Below are positions 50,342 to 61,927 of a DNA stretch of 64,000 nucleotides, one piece after another; the stretch's first letter is position 1, and each line of letters starts with the position of its first letter. The notes under the pieces are model-generated. The model worked only from the letters and a program-made list of their open reading frames with translations. It did not search any database and had not been told where the DNA came from. The position numbers and the translations under genes are program-made. Location: the NCBI GenBank assembly GCA_002633005.1, contig NMRA01000040.1, positions 1,268,604 through 1,332,603 of the forward strand. The letters run 5' to 3'. Source of the DNA: Phoronis australis. Lineage: Eukaryota; Animalia; Phoronida.

Positions 50342-53300
50342 GCTTCTCCCCGCTCTGATAAAAGTAAGTCTGTGGCTATTGTGATTTTGTAAATATCTGT
50401 TCAACCCATCAGAGAGAACTATACATCTGATTCGTCTGTGTGAACTGTTATCCCAAAAAAAAAACACTTAAAATTATTAAGTTATTTGATGAAACGTAAA
50501 TTAAGGAATACAAGAAGGTTGCCATGGCAAGTTTGCAGTGGCGCAGTCAGCATGCAACGAAACGTAGAATAGGAACCACTGACGTCACGTATCGTACTTC
50601 TAAACACCAGTCCACGGTGTCGTCCGCCATCTTGAATATTCAATTAGGTAGAGTAAAAAAACCAATTCATGTTTATCATGTAAGTGAATGGGAGAGTAAC
50701 AGGTGTTATAAGATCGCCCAAGAGAATGCAATTATGTCATATCCAACTTATACAGGAAGTTGTCACAAACTCGATTTCTTCCCGATAACCGCGCGCGTTG
50801 AACTTGGAACGCCGACTGTGTCAGTTGATTTGAGAGGCCAGTCACGTTTTCACGAAGTACACCTCAGGTTCAGTACTGTCTTAACTGGCCCCGCGCGGGC
50901 TCAGCGGCCGCACAGGAACCCTCGCCTGAGCACATCAACTGCCCGTAGCAACACAATGTAATTGTGCCGTACGGTACCAACACCTCTAATTGTAGCCTAC
51001 GGATTGCCCAGTGGTAAATCCGGCATGAGCGCTTAAGTTTGCATCATTAGACCGTTACTATGACCGCAAATCTAATCGAACATGGATCACAGTCGTGGGG
51101 CCCCCGGCAAGTTCCTAGTGGCACTAGCTAGCTGTTGTAAAAACGGCCTCTCCAATGTCATCATTTACATTGTTCATAAGCTGTTGATACCCAGTTATAC
51201 ATGAATCTTATTAGTATTAACACGATCTCCCTGTCATCGGCTGACTTTGCCAATATTCTGGAAGTTTCTGGGTCCATACAATATCCCGCAATTTTCAAGT
51301 TACGCACTGCTTCCATAAATGTAGTATAAGTACTGTTTTCACCAGGTTCTAGTTATTTTAAGGGAAATATGCATTTTTATTGTCGAGTTCCGTTCTAAGG
51401 GGGCCAGAAAATGACTTGACAAAGTTCAGCTTCTTTTCTTAGTTAAAAACCATGCACGCGTCACGCATGCTCAATTCGAAGTCGTCGACTCGCCGTGCAT
51501 TTTTCCTAGCAGAGACTAGGCAGTTCCGGTCTATTCTGGCTCATGATTGGTCAGAAAAATGAGATCAGGCAACAAAGACTGGCCCAGCCTCCCAACAATT
51601 AAGTGCACAGGTGCACGATACTCGCTTTTTACTTTTAAATCCACGTTGAATGCCCGCTCAGTAACGGCAATCACTCTCCGTATTTACTGTGCGGGTATGT
51701 TTGTTTATAGCCGACGGAGCTGGGGCTGTGGTAGTTCTGTATGTTCAGTGTAGCACTCATGGTGAAAGCCATCCCCACAAACTGTACAGAACTGGTAAGC
51801 AAATAAACAAGAAAAACAGCAGTGTTTGTATTATCTACAGTTTTTTTGAATGTGAATGTAACAACCTCTATCAGGCTGGACTACTCACGTGACTTTCTAA
51901 TACAGTCAGAAAATTTACTGTATTTGACTAGTTCAACTTACTCTAAGCCGACTGCGCGAGGGAAACCCGGCGTAATGAGACTACTCGTGTGTGTCAGCGG
52001 CTAGTCGAAGACTTAGTTCAAGCGACACCTATTGTGAAAAGCTGAAACTAGGGCTCCTGCTGCTTGCTACAACTTGCGCATTGGAAACATATTTTTAATG
52101 CGAAGTTCAGTTTCTATCTTGAAAACTCTTTGAACGGAGGATAGCGTATCCAAATTTGCCTGCCGCGACATACTTCTGCTACAAGAACGGTAGTACGGTT
52201 TACCAGTACTTTTCCAGTGAATTAGGACCCCACAAAAAAAATTTAGTGTGAGCGATAACGGTTGGGAGAACGGACTGGACATATAACCTATATAAACGGT
52301 TTCGCTTTTTATCAGCTAAAGTATTTTATTTCGGAGAATAAAATCGATAAGAAGAGGAATATAAACAGTGGAGAGAGCCTATGTTAAAGACTGAACGTTG
52401 TGAGCGATTGTTCGAACGCCAGGTGGAACGGAGCTAAGCGGCAGCCGGGAAAAGTGAACTGTACCCTCAGTCGTCGGTTAACCCGAAAGCCTGAAAATGC
52501 AGACAAATTTTCACTACCTATTCATTCTAGGATCGATCCCATCTATTCGTATGTTTAGTGATGACGTGTCATGGCACTGAGATGACGCACTTGTCGTACC
52601 CGGAAATAATAATAGACATGGGGTCACACTGGCTCCAGAACGTCGTAATGCGTCAAAATGATGTCATGCTAAACATTCCTATTATGATTTCCAAAATCCT
52701 ACCACTCGGTCAGAACTTCAGGCGACAACAGATATCAATCTAGTTCGTTGATAAGCGTTCATGGATTCTTTCGTGTGGCACCAGGACTCACAGGTCAATT
52801 ACATGATCTACAGTACCATGGTTAAAAGACTTCAGTTAATAATTCCGTTTATTTTTGAGTACCAGAGATCCGAAACCTGACGCACATATTTTGGATAATT
52901 TTATCATATTCCTTCGTGTAAAAATAAACTTAACTTTTGCGTCGTGGTGTCGAATTCTGTTACGTATATGTACGCCTTACATAATGTCAGAGTGAATGCA
53001 GACTCTGTAATGCGGTAATTTTCCCGACAAGTTGCCACTTTCTTTTTAAGTTCCCAAACAGCACCAAATTTGTCACCTTGGATTCACGTGCGGATCTTAT
53101 GAGAAAGCCATTTGCGGGATCCGGTTTTAATGTCGACAGCTGAGTGCATCGACTACAATCTGTGTCGCCTGTGTCGAACGCTTGGCAATCACAGTGAACG
53201 TACACTGTTTCCCTTTTCCGTCTGTTGATGAAGAGGTGCTTGTCCGCTTCGTAATGAAGTTTTCAAATTTGAAGAAGCAAACGGCACGCGATGTCAACAT

Positions 53301-54911
53301 AAATGTACTGTGCGATGATGAGTCAAATGTGAACTTCTTCGAAGACAATTACGGTTGTAAAATCTAAAATGCTACTAGGTCTAGGTGGCGTACGTTAGTT
53401 GGCCGTACAGTAGTATCCTGTCGCGAGTGTTGTGTGAGAGATTGCTTGCAGTTAGCGAGCGATTGGCAGAGTCATGCCTAGAACTCCTGCTCATCAAATA
53501 TCGACAATAAATCTTTTGTTCACGATTATATTGAAAACTTGCCTAACACCGTTATCTGTAAGCAGACACCAGCTCATGATTAAAGTTTTCAAGTTGTCGG
53601 GTCTCTAACAAAAGTAAATCCTTCAGAATTTCTTTGTTATTGCTTGTCTTTCGCCCTCACGACTGCTAACGCCTCATCTGTACCGTTTGAAGGTAAATGC
53701 TTTATTCCCAAGGTTATTAAGTCGAGGCTATCCTCTCTGTGCTGACGTCTTTTTCCTTCTATTTTAGTCGGGGTTTAACATACTGGTTTGCTGAGCTGAT
53801 GACATGGTGTCGATGATTATAAAACATCCGCTATCTGTTGGACGTTGAGGATTGTCTTCTGTTTCATCACACCATGTCTTTTAGGCGCGTGTGCGCGTGT
53901 GTGTAGGAACACGGTCCACCATTTTGGATGAGCTGACAGACCAAGGTGACCTGTCTCGTTGGGACTTGAGTTGATACTTTCACTTTAAAAACTAAGATTC
54001 TTACCCCTTAAATTGAATTGTTTCCTTGGTACCAACTTTAGTTAATTGTTCAAAAGTTCTCCTGGTTGTTTCTTTGATACTTTAAGAGTGCGTCATAAAC
54101 ATAAATATTTAGTTTCGATACAGAACAAAAGAGGGGTTTTTGGACACTCATGTGCCAGTCACTAGGTGGCGAGACCGTTTCATATGGTTCTACGGGTGAA
54201 GAAAAATTCCATGTGAGATCACAACTCATATCAGAAACCAAAAACTTGATTTTCAGACACCCGAGTGTGAGCAATACTTTAGGCAGCACCCAAGTGTCTC
54301 TGTCAACCAGATGCGTGTTAATTTCAATAAGATTTTTTCAATTTCATGATTCTTCAAATCTCAAACTACGTGTGTCCACTTATGCTTTTATGCTTCTATT
54401 CCAACTGAATATTGGAACTTGTCTATCTGCCTCCACGTACATTATCAAAAAATCTTCAGATTTCTTAGATGTGTTAACACCAGTTTAGTGTTGCAGTAAC
54501 TTCCATTCTAATATAATTGTGCAACATGTGACTGCTACCATAGTGCAAGTTGAATAATGGCATAGTGTACATATTGCACACTGTACACTAGCAACATCGG
54601 CTTGTCTTGTTGTTATTGGATATTTTTGGATATTTACTGGACATTTTTGGATAGTTGCTGATCGAATTTTTGATGAGATGTTTCATAGAGTTTTGAGGTC
54701 GGTGATTAGCTGAAAATGCCTGTCAACATCTTAAGCATAAAATCCACCGCCCTCTTTTAAAGTTTCACTGCTCTAGAGAGGAACACCCATAATTTAAATT
54801 TCTGTCAAAAACAATCGCCTGTATTTTTGTTTTAACTACTGTCCTCTTTCCCATGCCCATGGATTCTGCTCGAACAGCCATATGATGGATCATCCACCGT
54901 GCAAGATTTCC

Positions 54912-55290
54912 TGTTAGGATAGACTTGATTGAACGGATGTTAGGAAGAGTTTGATTGGACAGACCTTAGGATGGATTTGTTAGACGGCCATGTTAGGATG
55001 GGTTTGACTGGACGAATGTTAGGATGGAGTTGATTGGACGGATTGATGGATGAACTTGGTTGGACGGATGTTAGGAATGATTTGATTGGACGGATGTTAG
55101 GATGGACTTGATTGGACGGGTGTTAGGATAGATTTGATTAGACGGATTGATGGATGGACATAGTTGGACGGATGTTAGGAATGATTTGATTGGACGGATG
55201 TTAGGATGGATTTGATTGGACGAATGTTAGGATGGATTTGATTGGAGGATGGTAGGAAAAATTTCACTGGACGGATGTTAGGATGGATTT
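54912..55290. repeat. 26-bp minisatellite, about 14.5 copies (TTGATTGGACGGATGTTAGGATGGAT)
   Basis: Tandem units read directly. A variant unit recurs at 55041 and 55145. Confidence 0.95.
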
Positions 55291-56021
55291 CCGTTACACC
55301 GTTGTGTACTAAAGTAGGAAAACCCAGCACTAACAATATCGTATTGATCATAGTAATGGTTCTTATAATTGTGATTCTACAGTGGTTTCCAACCTGTCTG
55401 GAAAGACAAAGACTGATTCTGTTCTTTATCATGTGCATGTACTTTTTAAATGAAACATAAATTGAATCCACTTTCTTATTTTATCTTTACCTATAGCGCC
55501 CAATTCACTACGTACAACGATTCTTGTAGAGATCTATTGACGAGGTACAACATGCCTTGAAACGGGATAAGTTTTGAATGACGTGGACATTCCTGGACTA
55601 GTAAAGTCTTTCGAATGCCATTTAAGTTTTTGTGATTCAGTTTATAGTTCACCGCTTTTTTAAAAATTGGAGACCCAAAATGAGTTGTTTTCTCGCTGAA
55701 AAGCGTTGTCAATGTCGTTTTCCTGAAGTTTCAGATGTTAAGCTTTTGTAAATTAGACTCGATTTGTTTATTGCTGTTTATGACCTGATAAGATCACATG
55801 CACTTTTGTATCAGTATCGATTCAAATTATTTACTCTTGTAAAACCGGTCCGTTGATAATTCCATTTCCGTTAAAGAAACCATCTAAAGCATGAGCGACT
55901 AAACAAAGACACTTCAAAGTTAATTGTTGGCTAACCCTACGAAAATTGTCAAATCGAATGGCGGATAATACACACTGCCATTGCAATACTCCACGCTTTA
56001 CTGCACAGTTGCCCTAACCAG

Positions 56022-56172
56022 GCGTGCGTTCAGTAGACGCTAGGACCTACGCTAGGACCTAGCTAAAATCTAGTCAAGGTCACGTGTTCTCATATGAAAT
56101 ACACGGCAATATCTTACGTAATCTCGCGAAGTCTTGCTTTTTAGCGAGGTCCTAGCGTTACTGAACGGGAGG
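56022..56172. mobile_element. Family C MITE, second copy (possibly PIF/Harbinger-type, CAG flanks)
   Basis: GTTCAGTAGACGCTAGGACC ... GGTCCTAGCGTTACTGAAC. CAG lies symmetrically 6 bp outside the core TIR on both sides. Confidence 0.75.
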
Positions 56173-57774
56173 CAGGTAACATTGCTGGATACTGGACGGT
56201 TACTGGGCAAATCATATGGGGAATACTAAGTCGACGTTTGCTTTTGTGCATTCTATCGAAATTCACCGTTTACAATTTATTTTTGCGGTAGTATATCAAA
56301 TCAGTGGGAAAAATCCTTCAACGGGTTCAGATTGGTTCGATTTAAACTTAACCGTCAGCGCTTGCACACGCTTCCTGAAGTGATTCAGGTGGCATTGAAC
56401 AGTTAGACTGCGGCCGTCAAAATATTAAAATCTAGGGGTAGGCCAGGCTTGGGGGTATTTTTGGTTAGGTATTGTATGTAGGCCAAGTGAATGTGTTTTT
56501 TTTTCTGTATTTGTGAACATGCTGAGAATGAAAAAAGCCCACTTTCTCGGCTGTAGTTGCACTCTTCTTCAAGATGGTGCCAACCTGTTGCAATTGTGCA
56601 TTGCTGTGTAGCAACTGAGAAATTGGCCGCGATTTCAGGTAGCCCTCAAACAAGCCAGATTTGCAAAAAAACTAGATTATTGACAGTAATTTTGGACCAC
56701 ATTTTTGTAATCGGTAGGAAATTTGCTTTCGAAATCTAATGTTGGCTTTAGTCGAGCATCGGCAGGGAAGTGGTGATTTTGGGGTGAAAAATGCCGATTT
56801 TGCATTTTTTTTTCTTAGTTCAGCTTGGTTTCCACTGGGAGTGAAAAGGGTCAAAAATACAAGAGAGTACAAAGATTATGTACTCGTCTGTAGGGCTTGT
56901 GATGTGAAATGATTCAAAACGTTTCTTTAATTGCATGCAGTTTTTGACAGAGTGAAGAAAGGGTAAAGAGTCCATTGACGTGTGTTCTGATAGGCAAATC
57001 CCAGTGAGAACTGTTCAGTGTCTCCTAAGCCGCAAACCCAGTTCAAATGGATTTAAGTCTCACTGTAAACGGGGTACTCTGCATGACCCCATATCTCTGC
57101 GTCCATGGCACCGCATCCGTTTTAGGTTACTACTGAGAAATGCTCATACAAAATGAATAAAACACCAACAAATTAAAATATTTTCTCAAATGACCTGGAA
57201 TGTGTTACAACGACTGGTTAATCATGATAACACCGAGTATGTATTTTTTGATATTACATGAGCGGATCACAAAGTAGTGCAAAGTAGAAATCCATGCGCC
57301 TCATCGTCTCCAAAACACTGAAACAACCAAACGCTCGCCATCGGTGTCGGTACGAACTCGCAGTCGGAAGGACATGCAACCAACTTTTTAAATGGACCAA
57401 TCTTGGGCGGTGAATTGCATATCCACGTTCATTCAAACGGAGACAAGCTCCAAAAACTCAACGCGGCGAGCGGGAACTGTCTAGCTGTGCTGTCTCAAGG
57501 TCAATTCAGTGCTTACGCCGCCGGCGCGTGGAAGCCTTGCTGACTGTTTTTTATAAACATTTTTTAAGTTTTAATATCATAACTTTAAAGACCATTTATT
57601 CGATTCTAACGTGAATATTTGCTACGAATGCAAGTTACAATTGTTAAGCTTAAAATAAGTACATTGAATTACTTTAAATTGCGCAAGCGTATTTTTGCAA
57701 ATGTTTCGTCGTGTGGTTGAATGACACGGCGAGTTTTTCAGCAAGAAGATCTCTATTACTCTTCATGTGAGAAA

Positions 57775-57915
57775 ACAAATTCTAAACTAGTCTCAGATTA
57801 ATGACATGGGCAAGACCTTGTCAAAATTTCGTCAAGATCCCCGGCGAGGCTTGCAGTAAATTTCCAAGAGGTTTTGCCCATGTCATAAACCTGATAGACT
57901 CGTGTACGATTCTCT
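57775..57915. mobile_element. Palindromic (foldback) MITE-like element
   Basis: AGTCTCAGATTAATGACATGGGCAAGACCT pairs imperfectly with AGGTTTTGCCCATGTCATAAACCTGATAGACT. Confidence 0.65.
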
Positions 57916-58223
57916 ATATATGAACTTATAACAAATTTAACTATTGTGATTTTATGATAAAATAGCAAAAACTAATTTTGTAAGCACTACTGGCCAAGAA
58001 CATGTGTCGTCTAGTGCACCAGACTAGAGACCGTAGAGAGTAACGTCATGAACGTCTTCGAGTGCAGTCTGTGCTGAGGCGTGTTACTTTAATTTACTAA
58101 GCAGATAAAAGATGTCGCCGTCTTCCCCTAAGTAACATGCGTGTTAAATCGATCTATTTCAACGCGTAAACAAAGCGCGATATCATTTTCACTCCTTGTT
58201 TTGGATCCGTCAGGTCTGCAAAG

Positions 58224-58330
58224 ATGACACTGGAAAGTGACCCCTTTTCGCAGGTTGTACCCCCGCTACCTCCAAGATATCGGTTCCGGGACTTGATATG
58301 GGGAGACCATGCAATTTCTGATGAGAACAG
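58224..58330 (+). CDS. Slo2: Slo2/KCNT sodium-activated potassium channel, first coding exon (Slick/Slack-A-type N-terminus)
   Basis: [35 protein letters not shown](R) matches the recalled human KCNT2 start [32 protein letters not shown]. Similarity stops exactly at a phase-2 donor AACAG|GTCAGT (58331). There is a possible upstream acceptor at 58212-58213. The next exon was not found in the window. Confidence 0.9.
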
Positions 58331-60149
58331 GTCAGTAATTTTCATTTGGTTTTGCGGAATACTTTTGACAGATCAGAAGTCGAATGAATGGATTCAGACA
58401 AGAAAGAAACTAGAAAGAGCAGATGGAGTGAATGAAGACGTATTTGAAGAACATGTCGCTGTCAGATTCCTCGGCGGGCTTAGACTGAATGTGGCCGGGA
58501 TTAACCTTTTTAACAGTGACTAATATTTTGTCTTTTTGATCGAGTCTTTGTATGAGCGTCCAAGCGTGGTACTGTGCATGTTTCCTTCAATAACCTCAAT
58601 CCTGTAGTCTGTAGACATACAGGTGATTAGGTGATTTTCACTTCAAACACAAGAATCTGTGGTATTGACACTGGTCATATATAGTGGATTTACACAGAGA
58701 ACCAGTTTCATCCACTAAATAACGAATCTTTTATTCCGTAATTGCCTTCTTCTTTAAGACAGGGACTAGCAGCTATATCTGGCCAATATCTCAAAATTTG
58801 TTCTAATTTTCCCAAACTGGCAAAAATCAATTCCAAAGATGTGAGTGAAGTGAAGAGTCATTGTCAACAAACCCCTGAATAATAATAATAATAATATGAG
58901 AGGCCTACCACACATTCAGTGTAGACTGAAGTAAAATTAGGGGTCTGTGCAGGAATGTTGGTCTGTGACTTTTGTAAACAATCCTGCCAAATACATCAGG
59001 CCTCGCAAAACGCAAATGCCACAGCTATACCCTAAGTTGGACGATATTTCCAGATTCATTTCTTGCATAACATCAGCTTAGAACACTCTTTAAACAAAAA
59101 AATCACCCATACTTAATAAATTTGCAGTGACCTGTGACTTCAATTACGTCAGTCTGGTGTTGTTGTACATGTTTTCACTGTTGTGTTCCCTACATATAGT
59201 GTGAATCCCTTGCGTGTAAAAACCTGGGCGGCCCGCCATGTTTCTTTTTGGCCCTGTCACTCGTGATCTTGCCCAAATTGACTGCCACACTCCAAATCTT
59301 GACTGAAAAACCTTATTGCTTTGCAAAAATTGCTAGTAAAAATGATTATGTAATACACAAGTTACGTGGCTACTGTCATTGTAACGGTTGATTGAACTGG
59401 AGAAGCAATAATTTAAAACTTGTTTTCGAATTTTTCCTTTCGCTTAAGTAACCAACATTCGGTATTGCCTGGTTATCTGACAGTGCAGAGCAACTGAATG
59501 TTGTCGGGGACCAGTTAAAAGACCTTAACATATAAGTTTTGTAAAATGGCAAAGACTGCTAGTGAAATGGGTGGAGAAATGATAAATTTTATTTAATTTA
59601 TTGTGTTCACGTTTACAAAAGAAGTCGTACACCAATGCGAATTATACTGCTCAGAATAGTCAATGAACCACCGACCAGTCGTGTTATCTCAATATTTGCG
59701 GCTGCTTGGAATGGATGATTTATTCGCCTGTTAACACTGTTCCAACTATTTTGCGTTGAGCGAGTGTAAAACAAACGATATTAAGGGAAGTTTCATCATA
59801 CAAGTTAGACTTTAATTTGGTCTAAACAGCTTCAAATATCTTGTTTGTTCTATGTACGAGCCTAGAGCCGGAGAATTCAATTTTAAGGAGTAATCTGAAG
59901 CCTTGTTCTGGCATGTCCTCATCCTAGCGCATTTTCAATTACTGTTTAAAATACTTTTCATACACTTACGTCATATATTGTGGCATTGGCCTCCACATCT
60001 GCTAGGTCCATTCACCACCACGCTCCATTCAAAACCTTGGGGAAACACTGGCATGTAGATTTTTCTTTGATCCATGAATTTACGGCTGCCAACCCTTTGT
60101 CACTGATCTTGAATAGTGTATATGTCAACTATCTGCGTAAAGCAGTTAA

Positions 60150-60455
60150 GTTACAATAATTCTTTGTCGTCAAATTCAGAAATTAAGAATTAAGGATTAT
60201 TCCTTTTGATGTACGAGGTGCAAGCGCAGAGGGAGAGCTACGCCCCTCGAATGAAAATAGCTCATGTCTGCGGCAAAGTGAATTGTGAAGATTTTGCCTT
60301 GGGAGGCGTTGAAGGGAATAAACTAGTTGTATATTATCTCCAGTTACACGATCCTTGTGCAGCGTGCCAGCAAATTGAGATAAGTGTGTATCCGATTATC
60401 TTCGATATCGAAATGAAAAATGATTGACACATCTCCTGTCGACAACAAACTTCCC
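60150..60455 (-). mobile_element. Possible highly decayed CR1/L2-type reverse transcriptase remnant
   Basis: Frameshifted minus-strand peptides KFVVD, LHKD and *FIPFNASQGK recall the LFADD...LQxD...WxxxFNxSK order. Very degenerate. Confidence 0.25.
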
Positions 60456-61144
60456 TCTTGCTATGGTGTGTACAACATTTGAACTGTTTTACGAATGTTA
60501 CGTAATAGGGCTGTGAGCATTTTGCTTGCTGTGTGCCGATAACCCTTCTAGTTTTTAAAGCTATTAACTGAGCTTAAGAAGGAAAGCTTGAAGCACAAAG
60601 CTTTCCTTCTCTGCTTGCTCTTAGACATTCGGGAAGCGCGATTGGGTTTGCATTTGCATCTAGATTACAAAATTTGTTTTGGTTAATTTTCTAGGAATGG
60701 TGCCTTTTACTATTTCGTCCCATTGTTGAAAGGGATCACTGTGGATGTTCAGAATCAAAGTTTCTGAAACTAAATTCTTGAGGCGCTTTCCCATTAGTAG
60801 AACGTCGGATTACTGAAGCTTTGCCGAAACTTCGCCGAAAGTTCGCATACCTTTCCGACTAGTCAGGGATATTAAAGTTATCGCTAAGTTACCAGACGAC
60901 GCAATTCATTCGCACTCTCAAATGAACATTGAGTAGTGGGTTCAAGGCTAACTGAAAATTGTTCTGCCATTTGCAAAATTAGTGTTTATGAAAATGATCA
61001 GTGTCACTTCATCAGATGTGCTTTCTTTTATTTATATACGTGTGTGTATTGAGAGCACGTGGGTTACACTAAAATAACAAATAACATATTTTGCAAGTCT
61101 CGCGTGATTTTATGCCGTTGCCACGATCTCTACCGATAACCAGT

Positions 61145-61325
61145 GCTGTAAGTGGGGCGTAGGCGCACGTAGATGGAGCCAAATACCTTTTTGCTTTTTA
61201 ATGTAACGCCTACCCACTGTAAGTTTCGGTATAGTGGGGCGTAAGCGCACATCATTGCAGCCAATCACCTTTTTACATTTTAACGTAGCGACTACGCGCT
61301 GTAAGTGACGGTATAGTGGGGCATA
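61145..61325. repeat. 82-bp tandem repeat, about 2.2 copies
   Basis: AGTGGGGC recurs at 61151, 61233 and 61315 with conserved GCGCAC, GCCAA..ACCTTTTT and CTGTAAGT blocks. Confidence 0.8.
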
Positions 61326-61483
61326 GTCTCAATAAGATAGCTTACGGCATCAGTGCGCTAATCTGACGACAGCATTGTTATCATACATTTCGGCTCATGC
61401 GACCACCAGGCATACATGTATGCTTACCGAATAATGGCATTTTTATTAAAATTTCAAGATAAAAAACAGTTATGGTGTCCCAC

Positions 61484-61667
61484 CAAAGGTGGATAGGAGG
61501 GGTGGCAAAAGGCCCCGAGGACACACCCCATGGGCGACTAAAAATTGCCGCCAACATATAGTTTCTGGGCTTGGGCCTCTTCAGAGACCCCTTGGAATGA
61601 ACACAGACTTTTGCCTTTGAATAGCATGCTTGGACCCTCTTTCTCTGACATCCAAGATCCGCCACTG
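61484..61667 (-). mobile_element. Degenerate family A-like element
   Basis: Right end AGATCCGCCACTG (61655-61667). The left end CAAAGGTGGATAGG is a decayed match. No TSD. Confidence 0.45.
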
Positions 61668-61865
61668 TAGATTCTATGACTATGTAAAGACCCACTCGTG
61701 AGCATAAAAGTAGGCCTACATGTTTGTTTGTCAGGTTTTGCAAGTTAAAAAATCAGCACTTATGATGATATGATGAGCTTTGGTTGCCTACTTACCTCTA
61801 ATTTCACCACTACAGCACTTCTGATAGCGTCTGCAAAGTTTTGCATTGGCCTTTCCCACTATCCC

Positions 61866-61927
61866 GAAGTTTCAGTGAGTACCGAATTTTCGTTGAGTAC
61901 CGAAATTTCGGTCAGTACCGAAGTTTT
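61866..61927. repeat. 18-bp tandem repeat (AGTACCGAAnTTTCG core) inside a small MITE-like segment
   Basis: AGTACCGAA occurs three times at 18-bp spacing, bracketed by CTTTCCCA (about 61851) and TGGGAAAG (about 62032). Confidence 0.7.

Noticed and set aside
54050-54488. Possible LINE remnant (SCDLTWN resembling SSDLxW)
   Set aside because: One short motif with no supporting flanking motifs.
54912-55290. CRISPR array or telomeric tract
   Set aside because: The units are contiguous with no unique spacers, the context is eukaryotic, and TTAGG is not tandemly repeated.
58331-58523. C-terminal 63 aa of the 99-aa ORF as part of Slo2
   Set aside because: Similarity to KCNT ends at the GTCAGT donor, so the remainder is intron read-through.
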